From an uncultured Pseudomonadota bacterium (GTDB lineage: Bacteria > Bdellovibrionota_B > Oligoflexia > Oligoflexales > CAIMVM01), in the NCBI GenBank assembly GCA_903844895.1, contig CAIMVM010000330.1, positions 9,255 through 73,254 on the forward strand: 64,000 nt of DNA, written 5' to 3'. The number at the start of each line of letters is the position of its first letter. The stretch's first letter is position 1. The position numbers and the translations under genes are program-made. Shown one piece after another: positions 1 through 9,394 of this stretch. Below the pieces are notes generated by a model that worked only from the letters and a program-made list of their open reading frames with translations, made no database searches and was not told the origin of the DNA.

Positions 1-163
1 GGTGGTTTCGTTTTCTGGTCTCAAGTGTTCCATAGGACTTCCTTGCTCTATCGTGGAAGGGGCTTAAGCCGGGCTCATGATTAGCCTGTATCACCAGCAA
101 TACGCTAAAAAGTTTCTCAAAAAAATAGGAGAAAAGACTTCCAAATGATTTCCATCAATTTAG

Positions 164-1039
164 CTAACTCCAATACTTTCCGTATAGGGGACTAAGGTCC
201 TGTTTTACTTTATCGGGGATGATCTCTTTAGAGGTCATTATTGCGTATTTCGCTGCACTTAAGGACGGAGTGGATGATGTTGCGGGAAGCAGTTCAGCGA
301 CCTTTTTAACTATTTTTTGAACCATTTGCCCGTTTGCTTTTAAGACTTTCAAAACAGCTTCTACAGAGACGTCTTCTTCTGTGGCGTGCCAGCAGTCATA
401 GTCGGTAGCTGTAGCGAGCAGTCCGTAGGATAGTTCCGCTTCCCGAGCTAACTTAGCTTCAGGAATTGCCGTCATGCCGATAATACTAGGGGCGAGGGTG
501 TTGCGGTAAAAGTGACTTTCCGCCCGGGTTGAGAATGCCGGTCCTTCCATGGCGATATAAGTTCCGCCCTTATAAACTCTAGCTCCACAGCTGACTGCGG
601 CATCTATAGCCAAGGTTCTCATTTCTTCGCAAAAAGGATCTGCAAATCCAACGTGGCCTACCACGCCCTTTCCAAAAAAAGTCGCCGCTCTTTGCCCGTT
701 GGTTCTATCAAATATTTGATCAGGGATCACCATATCCCCAGGTCTTATGGAATCCTGCATGATACCGACAGCACTGACTGCTAGCACATGGGTAACGCCA
801 AGCATTTTGAGAGCAAATATATTCGCTCTATAAGGCACTTCAGAGGGCAGGAAACGATGGCCTAACCCATGGCGAGGGATAAAAAAGAGAGTACGGTCTT
901 GGACCCTGGCTTCTACAATGGGAGCCGAAGGCGACCCAAACGGGGTCACCAGATCGTGATGCCTTACAAATTCAGCACCTTCCATTTGATAAACACCCGA
1001 TCCGCCGATAACTCCTAAACAAACGGGAATACCCATCAC
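164..1039 (-). CDS. mtnP: S-methyl-5'-thioadenosine phosphorylase (purine nucleoside phosphorylase family 2)
   Basis: 291-aa ORF. It has a GVIGGSG N-terminal phosphate loop, PRHG..H, and a MTAIPEAKLAREAE block typical of MTAP. The start overlaps the tex stop codon at 1036-1039. Confidence 0.85.
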   Translation of the reverse strand: MMGIPVCLGVIGGSGVYQMEGAEFVRHHDLVTPFGSPSAPIVEARVQDRTLFFIPRHGLGHRFLPSEVPYRANIFALKMLGVTHVLAVSAVGIMQDSIRPGDMVIPDQIFDRTNGQRAATFFGKGVVGHVGFADPFCEEMRTLAIDAAVSCGARVYKGGTYIAMEGPAFSTRAESHFYRNTLAPSIIGMTAIPEAKLAREAELSYGLLATATDYDCWHATEEDVSVEAVLKVLKANGQMVQKIVKKVAELLPATSSTPSLSAAKYAIMTSKEIIPDKVKQDLSPLYGKYWS

Positions 1040-3453
1040 ATCCTCTGATTAAATTTTGACAGAAGGTCATTCAAAGAATGAGACTTTTCAGGCTGCTTCG
1101 GTTTATGGAACTTGGATGCCGAGGAATTCTCACCGCCCGACCTTGCAGGAGACGGACGATTCATTTTAGAACGATCTTCCCTAGGAGCCATTTCTGACTT
1201 TGGCTTGGAAGCAGCGTCAGCTTTTGTTTCCCGCTCCGTCTTACAGGTAAGGCTAATTCGTTTTTTTGCAATATCAACATCGAGTACCATGACCTGCAAA
1301 ACGTCGCCAACACTCACAACTTCGCTTGGATTTTTGACGAACGTGTCAGAAAGCTCACTGATATGCACCAAACCGTCTTGGTGAACGCCGATGTCAACAA
1401 AGGCGCCAAATGCAGCTACGTTTGTAACCGTGCCTTTTAACTTCATTCCAATCTTTAGATCATTTAAAGTCGCCACATCTTCAGAGAAAGTAAGCCGAAC
1501 GCCATCTTCACGTGGGTCGCGTCCGGGTTTAGCGAGTTCTTTGGCGATATCAAGTAGGGTAGGCATTCCGGCTTGTTGGCTGACATAACGTTCCCAAGGA
1601 ATCGCGTTAACTAATGTTTCATTCCCCACAAGCGTCCTAATATCCTGACCTAAATCTTTTACAATCTGATCGACGATGTAGTATCTCTCTGGGTGAACCC
1701 CCGAGTTGTCTAACGGGTTTTGTGCATTAGAGATTCTAAGGAATCCCGCAGCCTGTTGAAATGCTTTGGGTCCAAATCCAGAAACTTTTTCAATGTCTAA
1801 ACGATTTTTAAAAGCGCCATGTTGATTTCTATAGGTGACGATATTTTTAGCCAAGGAACCGCCAATTCCTGACACATAAGAAAGGAGCTTGTAGGAAGCC
1901 GTATTGATGTTGACGCCTACTTTGTTCACGGCCGACTCGACCGTTTCCCCAAGAGATCTGCCCAGCTTTGTAACGTTACAATCGTGCTGATACTGTCCTA
2001 CACCAATAGAGCGAGGATCGATCTTTACGAGTTCAGCTAAGGGGTCTTGAAGCCGTCTTCCAATAGAAACAGCGCTTCTTATGGTAGGATCAAGATCTGG
2101 GAATTCTTCCCTTGCAATTTCATCAGTGGAATAAACAGACGCGCCTGCTTCGTTTACAACTAAACGCTTCACATCTTTTAAGGAATTCTCTCTAAGGACA
2201 GAAATGATGAGTTGATCAATTTCTCTTGACCCCGTTCCATTTCCGATAGCGATACATTCTACGTTGTGCTTTTTGATCATGGCAGCAAGAGTTGCTTTTG
2301 CTTCCATCGATTTGGGATGATCTTCTTTTCCTGGAATAGGGTATATGGTTTCAAAGGCGAGAAGTTTGCCAGTTTGGTCTATGGCAGCAAGTTTGGATCC
2401 AGTTCTAATCCCTGGATCAACCCCCAAGACAATTTTACCAGGAATAGGTGGTAGTAATAATAGATTTTCTAAATTTTTTGCAAAGACATGAATGGCCTCA
2501 GTTTCAGCGGTGTTTTTGAGGTGCATTCTAATCTCAGTTTCTATCGAAGTAGAAAGAAGTCTCGTGTAGCTATCGTTAGAAATAGCTTCAAGCCACTGTC
2601 TCACTTCTGGTGTAGTCCGATCAGTACCTAGCACCAAGGAGAGTAGCGTGGACTTAATTCTGGGTTCGTCAATTTCAATAGTTACTCGCAGACATTTTTC
2701 TGCTTCACCGCGTCTAACAGCCATGACTCTGTGAGAGGGGGCTGTGTTTATAGATTCACGGTAGTCAAAATAAGTTTCGTATTTGCTTAAGGTTTTAGGG
2801 ATCTCCTCACCTTTAAGCTGCTCCATTTTTTTAGAGACAAGAAAGCCCGTTTGAAAACTTAAATCTCTAACTTTTGACCTAAAGTCAGCTGTTTCACTAA
2901 TTCGTTCCGCTAAAATATCTGCAGCTCCAGCTAAGGCTTCAGATGTCGAAGCTACGAGTAGCGCCTTATCCACTTCTTTTCCAGAAGGGGTTACAAACTC
3001 TTGAGCCAGGTCAGCTAGGTTAGTTAACGTAGCACGTTCAGCTAGTATCCGATCAAGGAGCCCTTCTAGACCCTTTTCTCGAGCGATTTGCGCTCTAGTG
3101 CGACGTTTAGGCTTGTAGGGCAAGTAAAGGTCTTCTAGCTGCTGCTTAGTTTCAGCTGCTAGGAATTGCGCTTTCAAGGCAGGAAACTTGCTGAGAAGCT
3201 CTGGCTTTTGTTTGCAGTATTCTTCTACCGTATGAATATACTTGGCGCGGGTCTGTTCGAGTTCAGTGAGGTAGGAGTATCTATCACGGATTGTTCTTAA
3301 ATTGACTTCATCCATCGAGCCAGTCACTTCTTTTCGATAGCGAGCTACGAAGGGAATAGTGCACTCCTCTTGAAACATGAGGCGAATCGCTCCAGCGACA
3401 TGCACATAGGATAATTTCAGTTCTTCAGAAATCTTTTTTGAAATTTCAATCAT
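1036..3453 (-). CDS. tex: Tex-like transcription accessory protein (YqgF/HhH/S1 domains)
   Basis: Contains the conserved TIPFVARYRKE N-terminal motif, a central YqgF-like GVDPGIRTG block and a C-terminal S1 domain (GTVTNVAAFGAFVDIG). The ORF track extends to 3492, but its first codons lie inside the ndk terminator hairpin. The ATG at 3453 (MIEISKK) has an AAGGA 8 nt upstream. Confidence 0.9.
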   Translation of the reverse strand: MIEISKKISEELKLSYVHVAGAIRLMFQEECTIPFVARYRKEVTGSMDEVNLRTIRDRYSYLTELEQTRAKYIHTVEEYCKQKPELLSKFPALKAQFLAAETKQQLEDLYLPYKPKRRTRAQIAREKGLEGLLDRILAERATLTNLADLAQEFVTPSGKEVDKALLVASTSEALAGAADILAERISETADFRSKVRDLSFQTGFLVSKKMEQLKGEEIPKTLSKYETYFDYRESINTAPSHRVMAVRRGEAEKCLRVTIEIDEPRIKSTLLSLVLGTDRTTPEVRQWLEAISNDSYTRLLSTSIETEIRMHLKNTAETEAIHVFAKNLENLLLLPPIPGKIVLGVDPGIRTGSKLAAIDQTGKLLAFETIYPIPGKEDHPKSMEAKATLAAMIKKHNVECIAIGNGTGSREIDQLIISVLRENSLKDVKRLVVNEAGASVYSTDEIAREEFPDLDPTIRSAVSIGRRLQDPLAELVKIDPRSIGVGQYQHDCNVTKLGRSLGETVESAVNKVGVNINTASYKLLSYVSGIGGSLAKNIVTYRNQHGAFKNRLDIEKVSGFGPKAFQQAAGFLRISNAQNPLDNSGVHPERYYIVDQIVKDLGQDIRTLVGNETLVNAIPWERYVSQQAGMPTLLDIAKELAKPGRDPREDGVRLTFSEDVATLNDLKIGMKLKGTVTNVAAFGAFVDIGVHQDGLVHISELSDTFVKNPSEVVSVGDVLQVMVLDVDIAKKRISLTCKTERETKADAASKPKSEMAPREDRSKMNRPSPARSGGENSSASKFHKPKQPEKSHSLNDLLSKFNQRM

Positions 3454-3476
3454 TGATAAATCCTTGATAGACATCC

Positions 3477-3510
3477 TAAAAAATGAGTTCATTCATACAA
3501 ATGAACTCAT
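3477..3510 (-). terminator. Rho-independent terminator downstream of ndk
   Basis: Perfect 10-bp inverted repeat ATGAGTTCAT (3483-3492) / ATGAACTCAT (3501-3510) with an 8-nt loop. On the minus strand it is followed by TTTTT and begins 11 nt after the ndk stop. Confidence 0.6.
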
Positions 3511-3521
3511 GGGATAAATTA

Positions 3522-3938
3522 TTAATAGATTCTGCTAGATGGGAAAAAATAAGCAATTTCTCGAGCTGATGCCGCTGGGGAGTCAGATCCGTGAACTGTG
3601 TTTTCACCGATGCTCAAAGAGTAAAGCTTACGAATGGTGCCTTCTGCCGCTTGCGCTGGATTGGTTGCTCCCATGATTTCACGGTTTCTTGCAATGGCGT
3701 TTTCGCCTTCAAGAGTCATCAAAACAACAGGTCCAGAAGTCATAAAATCTACAAGTTCACCAAAAAAGCCACGTTCACGATGCTCCCAGTAAAAACCTTC
3801 CGCTTCCTTACGTGACAATTGCCTTAATTCCATTCCGGCAATTTTCAATCCTGCGGATTCAAATTGGCCCACGATTTTACCGATTAGATTTCTTTTAACA
3901 CCGTCTGGTTTGATAATGGAAAGTGTGCGTTCTAACAA
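3522..3938 (-). CDS. ndk: nucleoside diphosphate kinase
   Basis: 138 aa. The [12 protein letters not shown] start and the NTVHGSDS active-site His motif are both present. Confidence 0.95.
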   Translation of the reverse strand: MLERTLSIIKPDGVKRNLIGKIVGQFESAGLKIAGMELRQLSRKEAEGFYWEHRERGFFGELVDFMTSGPVVLMTLEGENAIARNREIMGATNPAQAAEGTIRKLYSLSIGENTVHGSDSPAASAREIAYFFPSSRIY

Positions 3939-4218
3939 AGATGATCTCCTTAATTGAAATGAAGCCTATTTCTGCCGTCGGCAGGTGATATGGGGCCATG
4001 TGTCAGGTATACTACCCCAATTTTCAAGGGAAGCAACTCATAAGCAAACCTTAATAAATGCACTCTATTCGAGCAGCGAGGTCAGAATAAACCAGACATG
4101 TTCCGCTTCCAGTTTAAAACGTTTGCAGTTGGGCTTGGTTGATTTTTGCTCACCTTGCCTTATGCTCTCCGCTTTTAAGAAAAAAAAAGCCCACCATTTT
4201 GGCTTACATGTAGGGCTT

Positions 4219-4230
4219 GGGGGGGGGGGG
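4219..4230. repeat. G12 homopolymer tract
   Basis: Twelve consecutive G counted in the 549-bp intergenic region between the divergent ndk gene and the 4488 ORF. Confidence 0.95.
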
Positions 4231-4487
4231 CTAGAGCCTGGCAGAAAGCGAGAGAGGCCTGACAGGCCTGAAAGATCAGAGGCAAGGGGGGAGGAAGGCC
4301 TTAAGTTTCCACAACTTAAGGAGCGCATGTTCCAGGAATTACGCAGGATTTCATTATTTTTAAATAATGAATGTTTTGTATTGCAAGATTAAGGGTGATC
4401 AGTTAAATAAAAACTGGCGCTTTTAAGAATATATTATTAATTGTAAAGAAATCATTAATATGTTCCCTATCAAGAAAGGAAGTCGTT

Positions 4488-4925
4488 ATGGCCACGGTTG
4501 AGCTTCGTCCCGGCGATACTTTAAACATAGTATGGACTGCAGTCCAAGTTACGCCTTTAGGTTTAAGGGAAACGGAGTCTAAATTCGCGTTTACCTATGA
4601 AGATCTGCTTTCTAAATTGCGATCTAAAACTACCGAAGCTAAGAGCCGCAAGTCAGGAACGGAAGGCGCGAGATTTTCGCGAATTGTCGCTTTAGCAACC
4701 AATGCATTGGTTAAAGGGAAATGGTCAACGGGTGCAGACATAGATAGAACCGAAGTCTTTGAACGTCTTAAACGAAAGTTTTTAAAGCTAGATCAGACTG
4801 AATTTGTCAACATTACAGATAATGCCAAGAATTCTCTGAAAGAGATTTTCTATAGTGATTTTTTATCTACGGAACAAAAAGCAGAGTTAAAACCTATTCT
4901 CGTGAATGCGGGAATTAAACTCTAA
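4488..4925 (+). CDS. hypothetical protein
   Basis: 145-aa ORF with an AAGGAAG Shine-Dalgarno 5 nt upstream of the ATG. No recognisable motif. Confidence 0.6.
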   Translation: MATVELRPGDTLNIVWTAVQVTPLGLRETESKFAFTYEDLLSKLRSKTTEAKSRKSGTEGARFSRIVALATNALVKGKWSTGADIDRTEVFERLKRKFLKLDQTEFVNITDNAKNSLKEIFYSDFLSTEQKAELKPILVNAGIKL

Positions 4926-5029
4926 GGAATTTGACCTCCGAGGCACTGTAGCTGCTTCCTAGGTAGTAGCTGTGGTCGCTTAGGAATTTCGATTCCCAAT
5001 TGAAGAGACCCTTAATAGTTTGAGACGAT

Positions 5030-5072
5030 CAGACTCTCACCAGACTCTCACCAGACTCTCACCAGACTCTCA
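5030..5072. repeat. 11-bp tandem repeat, about 4 copies (CAGACTCTCAC)
   Basis: Copies read directly at 5030-5040, 5041-5051, 5052-5062 and 5063-5072. The last copy runs into the palindrome listed next. Confidence 0.9.
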
Positions 5073-5090
5073 ATAGAGGCTCTATTGAGA
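5068..5090. promoter_or_regulatory. perfect 10-3-10 palindrome (TCTCAATAGA ggc TCTATTGAGA), candidate operator or RNA hairpin
   Basis: Arms at 5068-5077 and 5081-5090 are exact reverse complements. The palindrome sits just upstream of the epimerase gene. Its function is inferred only. Confidence 0.45.
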
Positions 5091-5091
5091 A

Positions 5092-5559
5092 ATGGAGTCA
5101 TCTTCGGCATTTTTTGAGGTACGCATGAACGGTTTTTCTATTTTAGGTATTAATCATATTGGACTGGCTCCCAAAGACCCCGAGAAGGCAAAAGCGTTTT
5201 TTGAGGTTCTTTTGAATCTTCCTTTTGAAGGAAGCGAAACAGTTATAGAGCAGAAAACCGAAACTCTAATGCTGGCTTCAGCTCGCCAGAATGATGGCGC
5301 CTTGCCGCGACTTGAAATCCTTGTTCCAACATCCGAGGATTCGCCCATTGCTAAGTTTCTGGACCAAAAAGGTTCAGGTATTCATCATATCGCTCTGACG
5401 GTTTCCCGTTTGGAGGTGTGTTTAGCTTATTTGAAATCCCAGGGCGTACAGCTGATCGATGAGGTACCTCGCGTTGGAGCCCATCGAACTCGCATCGCTT
5501 TTGTCCACCCCAAGTCTACTGGGGGGCTTCTAGTGGAACTCGTGGAACAAAGTTCTTAG
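5092..5559 (+). CDS. mce: methylmalonyl-CoA epimerase (VOC/glyoxalase fold)
   Basis: Contains INHIGLAP, GSGIHHIAL and AFVHPKSTGGLLVELVE blocks typical of MCE. The ATG at 5125, preceded by GAGGT, is an equally plausible start and would give 144 aa. Confidence 0.85.
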   Translation: MESSSAFFEVRMNGFSILGINHIGLAPKDPEKAKAFFEVLLNLPFEGSETVIEQKTETLMLASARQNDGALPRLEILVPTSEDSPIAKFLDQKGSGIHHIALTVSRLEVCLAYLKSQGVQLIDEVPRVGAHRTRIAFVHPKSTGGLLVELVEQSS

Positions 5560-5656
5560 GAATTTTTGAGATATCTGTTTAAAATTACACTTTTTTATTT
5601 ATTCCTGAGTTAAACTATAGCAAGCTATTAGCTATACACTATCAGGAGTGAATTTG

Positions 5657-7468
5657 ATGATGGGACGGGAATGCCTTCTCGTAGTTTCGCTTGTCATGTT
5701 TATTGTTGTCGGCGGTTTTAATAGCTGGGCAGGTAAAACAAGCAAGGAACTTGCCATTTGGAGCACAAGGTATTTAGATGCCCTCCATCAATCCATGGGT
5801 TTGCTGACATCTAAAACAGCTGGCCTCATTGAAACAGACGATCTTTTAAAAGACATTGAAGGCAACCAACAAAACGCACTTAAAGGCGCCTTAGATCGAT
5901 TTCTTTCCGCAGGAGATTTGCAGGAACTTCGCATCGTTGATAAGACGTGTCGCCAGATGGTGGAATCTACCAGCGTGAGCTTCGGCTTGGAGACCTGTCG
6001 AACGGGACTTCAGTTGGGTTTTTATTGGATCAAAAGCCCAAAAGGTTCGGTTTTAGTTTACGAAAACCCGATTAATGACACCTACAAAGTGACTTCGGCT
6101 GTGCTGGTCGACCGTCACTGGTTGCTTAATAATTTAGGTGCTGGAGCCGGATTGGCTGGATTTGAACTGTCTGAAAATCCGGGGCATGGCATTGCTGTCA
6201 ATCGAAGTTTAGGGATAGAACCTTACTTCGTTTGGAACCATTGGTCGAGTTTGCTCACCCATTGGTTCATGGGAATTGATGGAAGTCGCGTTCCTTTATT
6301 TCCCTTTGGAGCTCTGGTTGTCATTCTCACCCTTTTTTTGACTGCCGAATACCGCCGCACTTTGCTCAAGCAAAGTTTAATGACAAGACAACTCCAAGAG
6401 CAAACACAACGTTTCTTAACTCATTGGCAAATGGATTCAGGTGCTCGAGATTGGCCGGAAGAGGTTGCGAAACGGATAGCCCAAGAGACCCATAACCTGA
6501 AAGAAGAAATTACGGAAAAAAAAGAAGCGCTCATGGTCATGGGTGCCATGAAGGATGAAATTGAACAAGAGCTTTTGGATTTGAGGCAAAGTGAAACGAT
6601 ATTAGATCAGATTCAAAGAACCATACCGACTATGGTGGAACACATATCAACTTGGGAAGCTAAACTCAGGAATTTGCATCAAGATGTTTCGACTGTTCTT
6701 GTGAAAGGAAGTCTGAATATTGCCAAGCTAGCCTCGGAATGGCAGGGCGATATCGACGCCAGAGGCGCTCGAAAATTTCTGCGTTCTCGGCTGGAAACAG
6801 AAATTCCAGGTCCCGATGGGAACCAACTCAGTTCCGAATTAAATTTTATCATCGCTACTGCGAAGGGGTTTGAGAGGACGGGGGGTACTCTTCAAGCAAG
6901 CTTGGCAGATATTAAAAAGAACCAAGCGTCTATAGTACGAATAGCTGGTTTCTGGAAATCTATCTTAAATGGTGGATCTCGGGATCAGCTGTACTGGAAG
7001 ATTTCAGATGCTATTGAAGATAGCTTTATGCAAGTAAAAATGGCTTTAAAAGACTGCCAAATTGTTATTGATAAACCAAATTGGATTGAGCCTATTTTAA
7101 ATATTGACGCGCCTTACCCGACGATTACATGTATCATTCACCAAGTCTTTGCCGCTTTTGCAAAAATTGACTCCAATGCGAAAATCTCGGTCCAATTCCG
7201 TTCTGGGGCAGTCCACGATCAGCTTGTTTTTACGCAGGTAAATGGGCTCGTGGAATTTAATGATTCCTTGAAAGCGACACTTACAAGGCACATAAATACT
7301 GCTAATTCATTTGGAAAACCCTACGGAACACTTTTAAGGCAGCTTCCTGCTTTGGGGAATCACTTGGTTTTGGCGGTAGCTTGGAAGTGTAGCTCTAATG
7401 TGCATCCGTCTTCTGGGAGTCCGCTTGTGAGGCCCGCCCATTCCCTTGAAGGTGAAGTGGTCCCTTAG
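5657..7468 (+). CDS. membrane protein with extracytoplasmic loop, coiled coil and degenerate kinase-like C-terminus; function unknown
   Basis: The ORF track starts at GTG 5648, but the ATG at 5657 lies 8 nt after an AGGAG. The protein has two hydrophobic spans and a long heptad-rich segment. No intact H-box or G-box is present. Confidence 0.7.
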   Translation: MMGRECLLVVSLVMFIVVGGFNSWAGKTSKELAIWSTRYLDALHQSMGLLTSKTAGLIETDDLLKDIEGNQQNALKGALDRFLSAGDLQELRIVDKTCRQMVESTSVSFGLETCRTGLQLGFYWIKSPKGSVLVYENPINDTYKVTSAVLVDRHWLLNNLGAGAGLAGFELSENPGHGIAVNRSLGIEPYFVWNHWSSLLTHWFMGIDGSRVPLFPFGALVVILTLFLTAEYRRTLLKQSLMTRQLQEQTQRFLTHWQMDSGARDWPEEVAKRIAQETHNLKEEITEKKEALMVMGAMKDEIEQELLDLRQSETILDQIQRTIPTMVEHISTWEAKLRNLHQDVSTVLVKGSLNIAKLASEWQGDIDARGARKFLRSRLETEIPGPDGNQLSSELNFIIATAKGFERTGGTLQASLADIKKNQASIVRIAGFWKSILNGGSRDQLYWKISDAIEDSFMQVKMALKDCQIVIDKPNWIEPILNIDAPYPTITCIIHQVFAAFAKIDSNAKISVQFRSGAVHDQLVFTQVNGLVEFNDSLKATLTRHINTANSFGKPYGTLLRQLPALGNHLVLAVAWKCSSNVHPSSGSPLVRPAHSLEGEVVP

Positions 7469-7589
7469 AATGATCTGCAGCTACATTCAACAATTACTCA
7501 GTTTTCAGTGCGCTTCAATTTTGCTGGCAACCTCCCCAAAGTCTTTTAATTAGATTAAAATAAAAGAACAATCCATTTTGGGGGCAGCT

Positions 7590-9188
7590 ATGTGGGACAG
7601 GTTTCGTAGCCTAGTTTTTATGAGTTTAGTCGCAACGGCAGCAAAGGCATCTTTTTTTCCTCCCAATAGTCTACATTTAGAGCAAACGTATGGCTCGAGC
7701 TCAATCACGGAAGCGAGATTTAAGGAAATTATTGATGAAGTGGTTTTAGTTTACCGACCGATTGTGGAATCACACGGTGCAACCTTAAAAGTTAACTATT
7801 TATGGTCTGATACGACTGTAAATGCATCTGCCGAGCAAGATGGAACTACTTGGATTGTAAATATGTACGGCGGCCTTGCCAGACGCCCCGAGATTACGGA
7901 TGATGGATTCTCTGCAGTTGTTTGTCACGAGTTGGGCCATCATTTGGGAGGATTCTTCTATTATGGTGACAATGATTGGGCGTCTTCTGAAGGTCAAGCA
8001 GACTATTTTGCAACTCATTCTTGCTTAAGAGAAGTTTGGAAAAATTCCGACTCTATAAATTCAGGCTACAAAACTAGACTCAGTGCTTTGGGGGTTGCCG
8101 GGTGCGACCGAGCTTGGCAAGGCCAGGCTGATCGCAATCTATGCTATCGAATTGCAGCATCGGGAGAGTCACTAGCCAAATTGCTTGCTGCCCTTGGCCG
8201 AGGCAAGGTGCCTCGTATCGAAACACCTGATAGAACTGAAGTTACTCAGTCCAGTGCATCGCATCCTCAAGCTCAATGTCGATTAGATACCTATTTTTCA
8301 GGTAGTATTTGCCCCGTTAATTTTGATCCGATGATCATACCCGGAAGATATAGCACGAAAGGTCAGAATAGTGTTGCTACAGAAAAAGAGACAATTGGAT
8401 CCTACTGTCATTCTGCATTAGGTTTTCTAGAAGGCAATCGTCCCCGTTGCTGGTTCAAGCCTAATGTTAATTTTCTTTTGATAACAAAAGCCAACAATAA
8501 AGCTATGGAAGCTTCAGGTAATGGAAATGGAATTATCGAGCCAGGTGAAAGCATTTCAGTAGTACCAACTTTCAAGAATGAGACAGTAGATAAAACGGTT
8601 TCTTCTATGAAAGCCACCTTAAAATCAACGAACCCAGCATTGATCTTGAAAACTGACAGCATCATGCTTCCAGGCATGGACCCAGGTGCCTCCTCCACAG
8701 CCACTCAAGGATTTGCGGCTAAAATTGCAGAGGGCACTACATGTGGAAGCACTATTGACTATCAAATCTCAGTAGAAAGCCCAGAAGGTAATACATCTAT
8801 TTCTGACAGTCTATTTGTAGGCAAGATAGAAGCTCTAGAGGGTGGTTTGATGACTTCAGGTGAAGCAATTCCAGATGCAAATCCAACAGGCATCTCCTCT
8901 ACAATCTCTCTTGATTCTGACATGCTAGTTTCTACGGCCAAGGTGAAGTTAGATGTAACTCATAACTACAGTGCGGATATATCAATTGATCTCGTAAGTC
9001 CCTCTGGTAAAACCACTCGATTGTACAATCGTAGGCCAGGTAGAGATATTCGCCTAGAAGTTACATTGCCTGTAGAAGGTTCTATAAAAGGAGATTGGAA
9101 GCTCGTGGTTGTTGATAACGCCAAGCGTGACCAAGGAATTCTAAACTCTTGGGGAATAGAATTTGAGCATTACAAGTGCGAAATGTAA
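7590..9188 (+). CDS. secreted zinc metalloprotease with C-terminal proprotein-convertase P-domain
   Basis: Has a signal-like N-terminus and an HEXXH site (VVCHELGHHLGG). The C-terminal block DISIDLVSPSGKTTRLYNRR...GDWKLVVVDNAKRDQGILNSWGIEF matches the P-domain pattern. The ORF track start at 7578 is a TTG. Confidence 0.8.
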   Translation: MWDRFRSLVFMSLVATAAKASFFPPNSLHLEQTYGSSSITEARFKEIIDEVVLVYRPIVESHGATLKVNYLWSDTTVNASAEQDGTTWIVNMYGGLARRPEITDDGFSAVVCHELGHHLGGFFYYGDNDWASSEGQADYFATHSCLREVWKNSDSINSGYKTRLSALGVAGCDRAWQGQADRNLCYRIAASGESLAKLLAALGRGKVPRIETPDRTEVTQSSASHPQAQCRLDTYFSGSICPVNFDPMIIPGRYSTKGQNSVATEKETIGSYCHSALGFLEGNRPRCWFKPNVNFLLITKANNKAMEASGNGNGIIEPGESISVVPTFKNETVDKTVSSMKATLKSTNPALILKTDSIMLPGMDPGASSTATQGFAAKIAEGTTCGSTIDYQISVESPEGNTSISDSLFVGKIEALEGGLMTSGEAIPDANPTGISSTISLDSDMLVSTAKVKLDVTHNYSADISIDLVSPSGKTTRLYNRRPGRDIRLEVTLPVEGSIKGDWKLVVVDNAKRDQGILNSWGIEFEHYKCEM

Positions 9189-9310
9189 ATTGTCGTAGCC
9201 AAATTTAACTTGCCAAAAATATGTTCTCTCTTTTGCCTTTGACTTCACACTTGCGGAGTCAAAGGCTTTTTCATTTCCTTAAGAACGCTAAAATATCCTT
9301 CTGCTCGCTT

Positions 9311-9394
9311 CCAACAATCTTCTTCCAACAATCTTCTTCCAACAATCTTCTTCCAACAATCTTCTTCCAACAATCTTCTTCCAACAATCCTCTG
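9311..9394. repeat. 14-bp tandem repeat, 5 perfect copies plus 1 degenerate (CCAACAATCTTCTT)
   Basis: Read directly: units start at 9311, 9325, 9339, 9353 and 9367, with a degenerate unit at 9381. The array is intergenic, downstream of the metalloprotease. Confidence 0.9.

Noticed and set aside
3985-4392. 135-aa plus-strand and 87-aa minus-strand ORFs in the ndk upstream region. I also looked here for SRP, RNase P or tmRNA sequence.
   Set aside because: Both ORFs are driven by the G12 and purine-rich low-complexity sequence. I found no GGAAGCAGC-type SRP domain IV, no AGGAAAGTCC RNase P P4 motif and no tRNA-like tmRNA end. A vague resemblance of GGCCTGAAAGATCAGAGGCAAGG to the 4.5S RNA apex was too weak to call.
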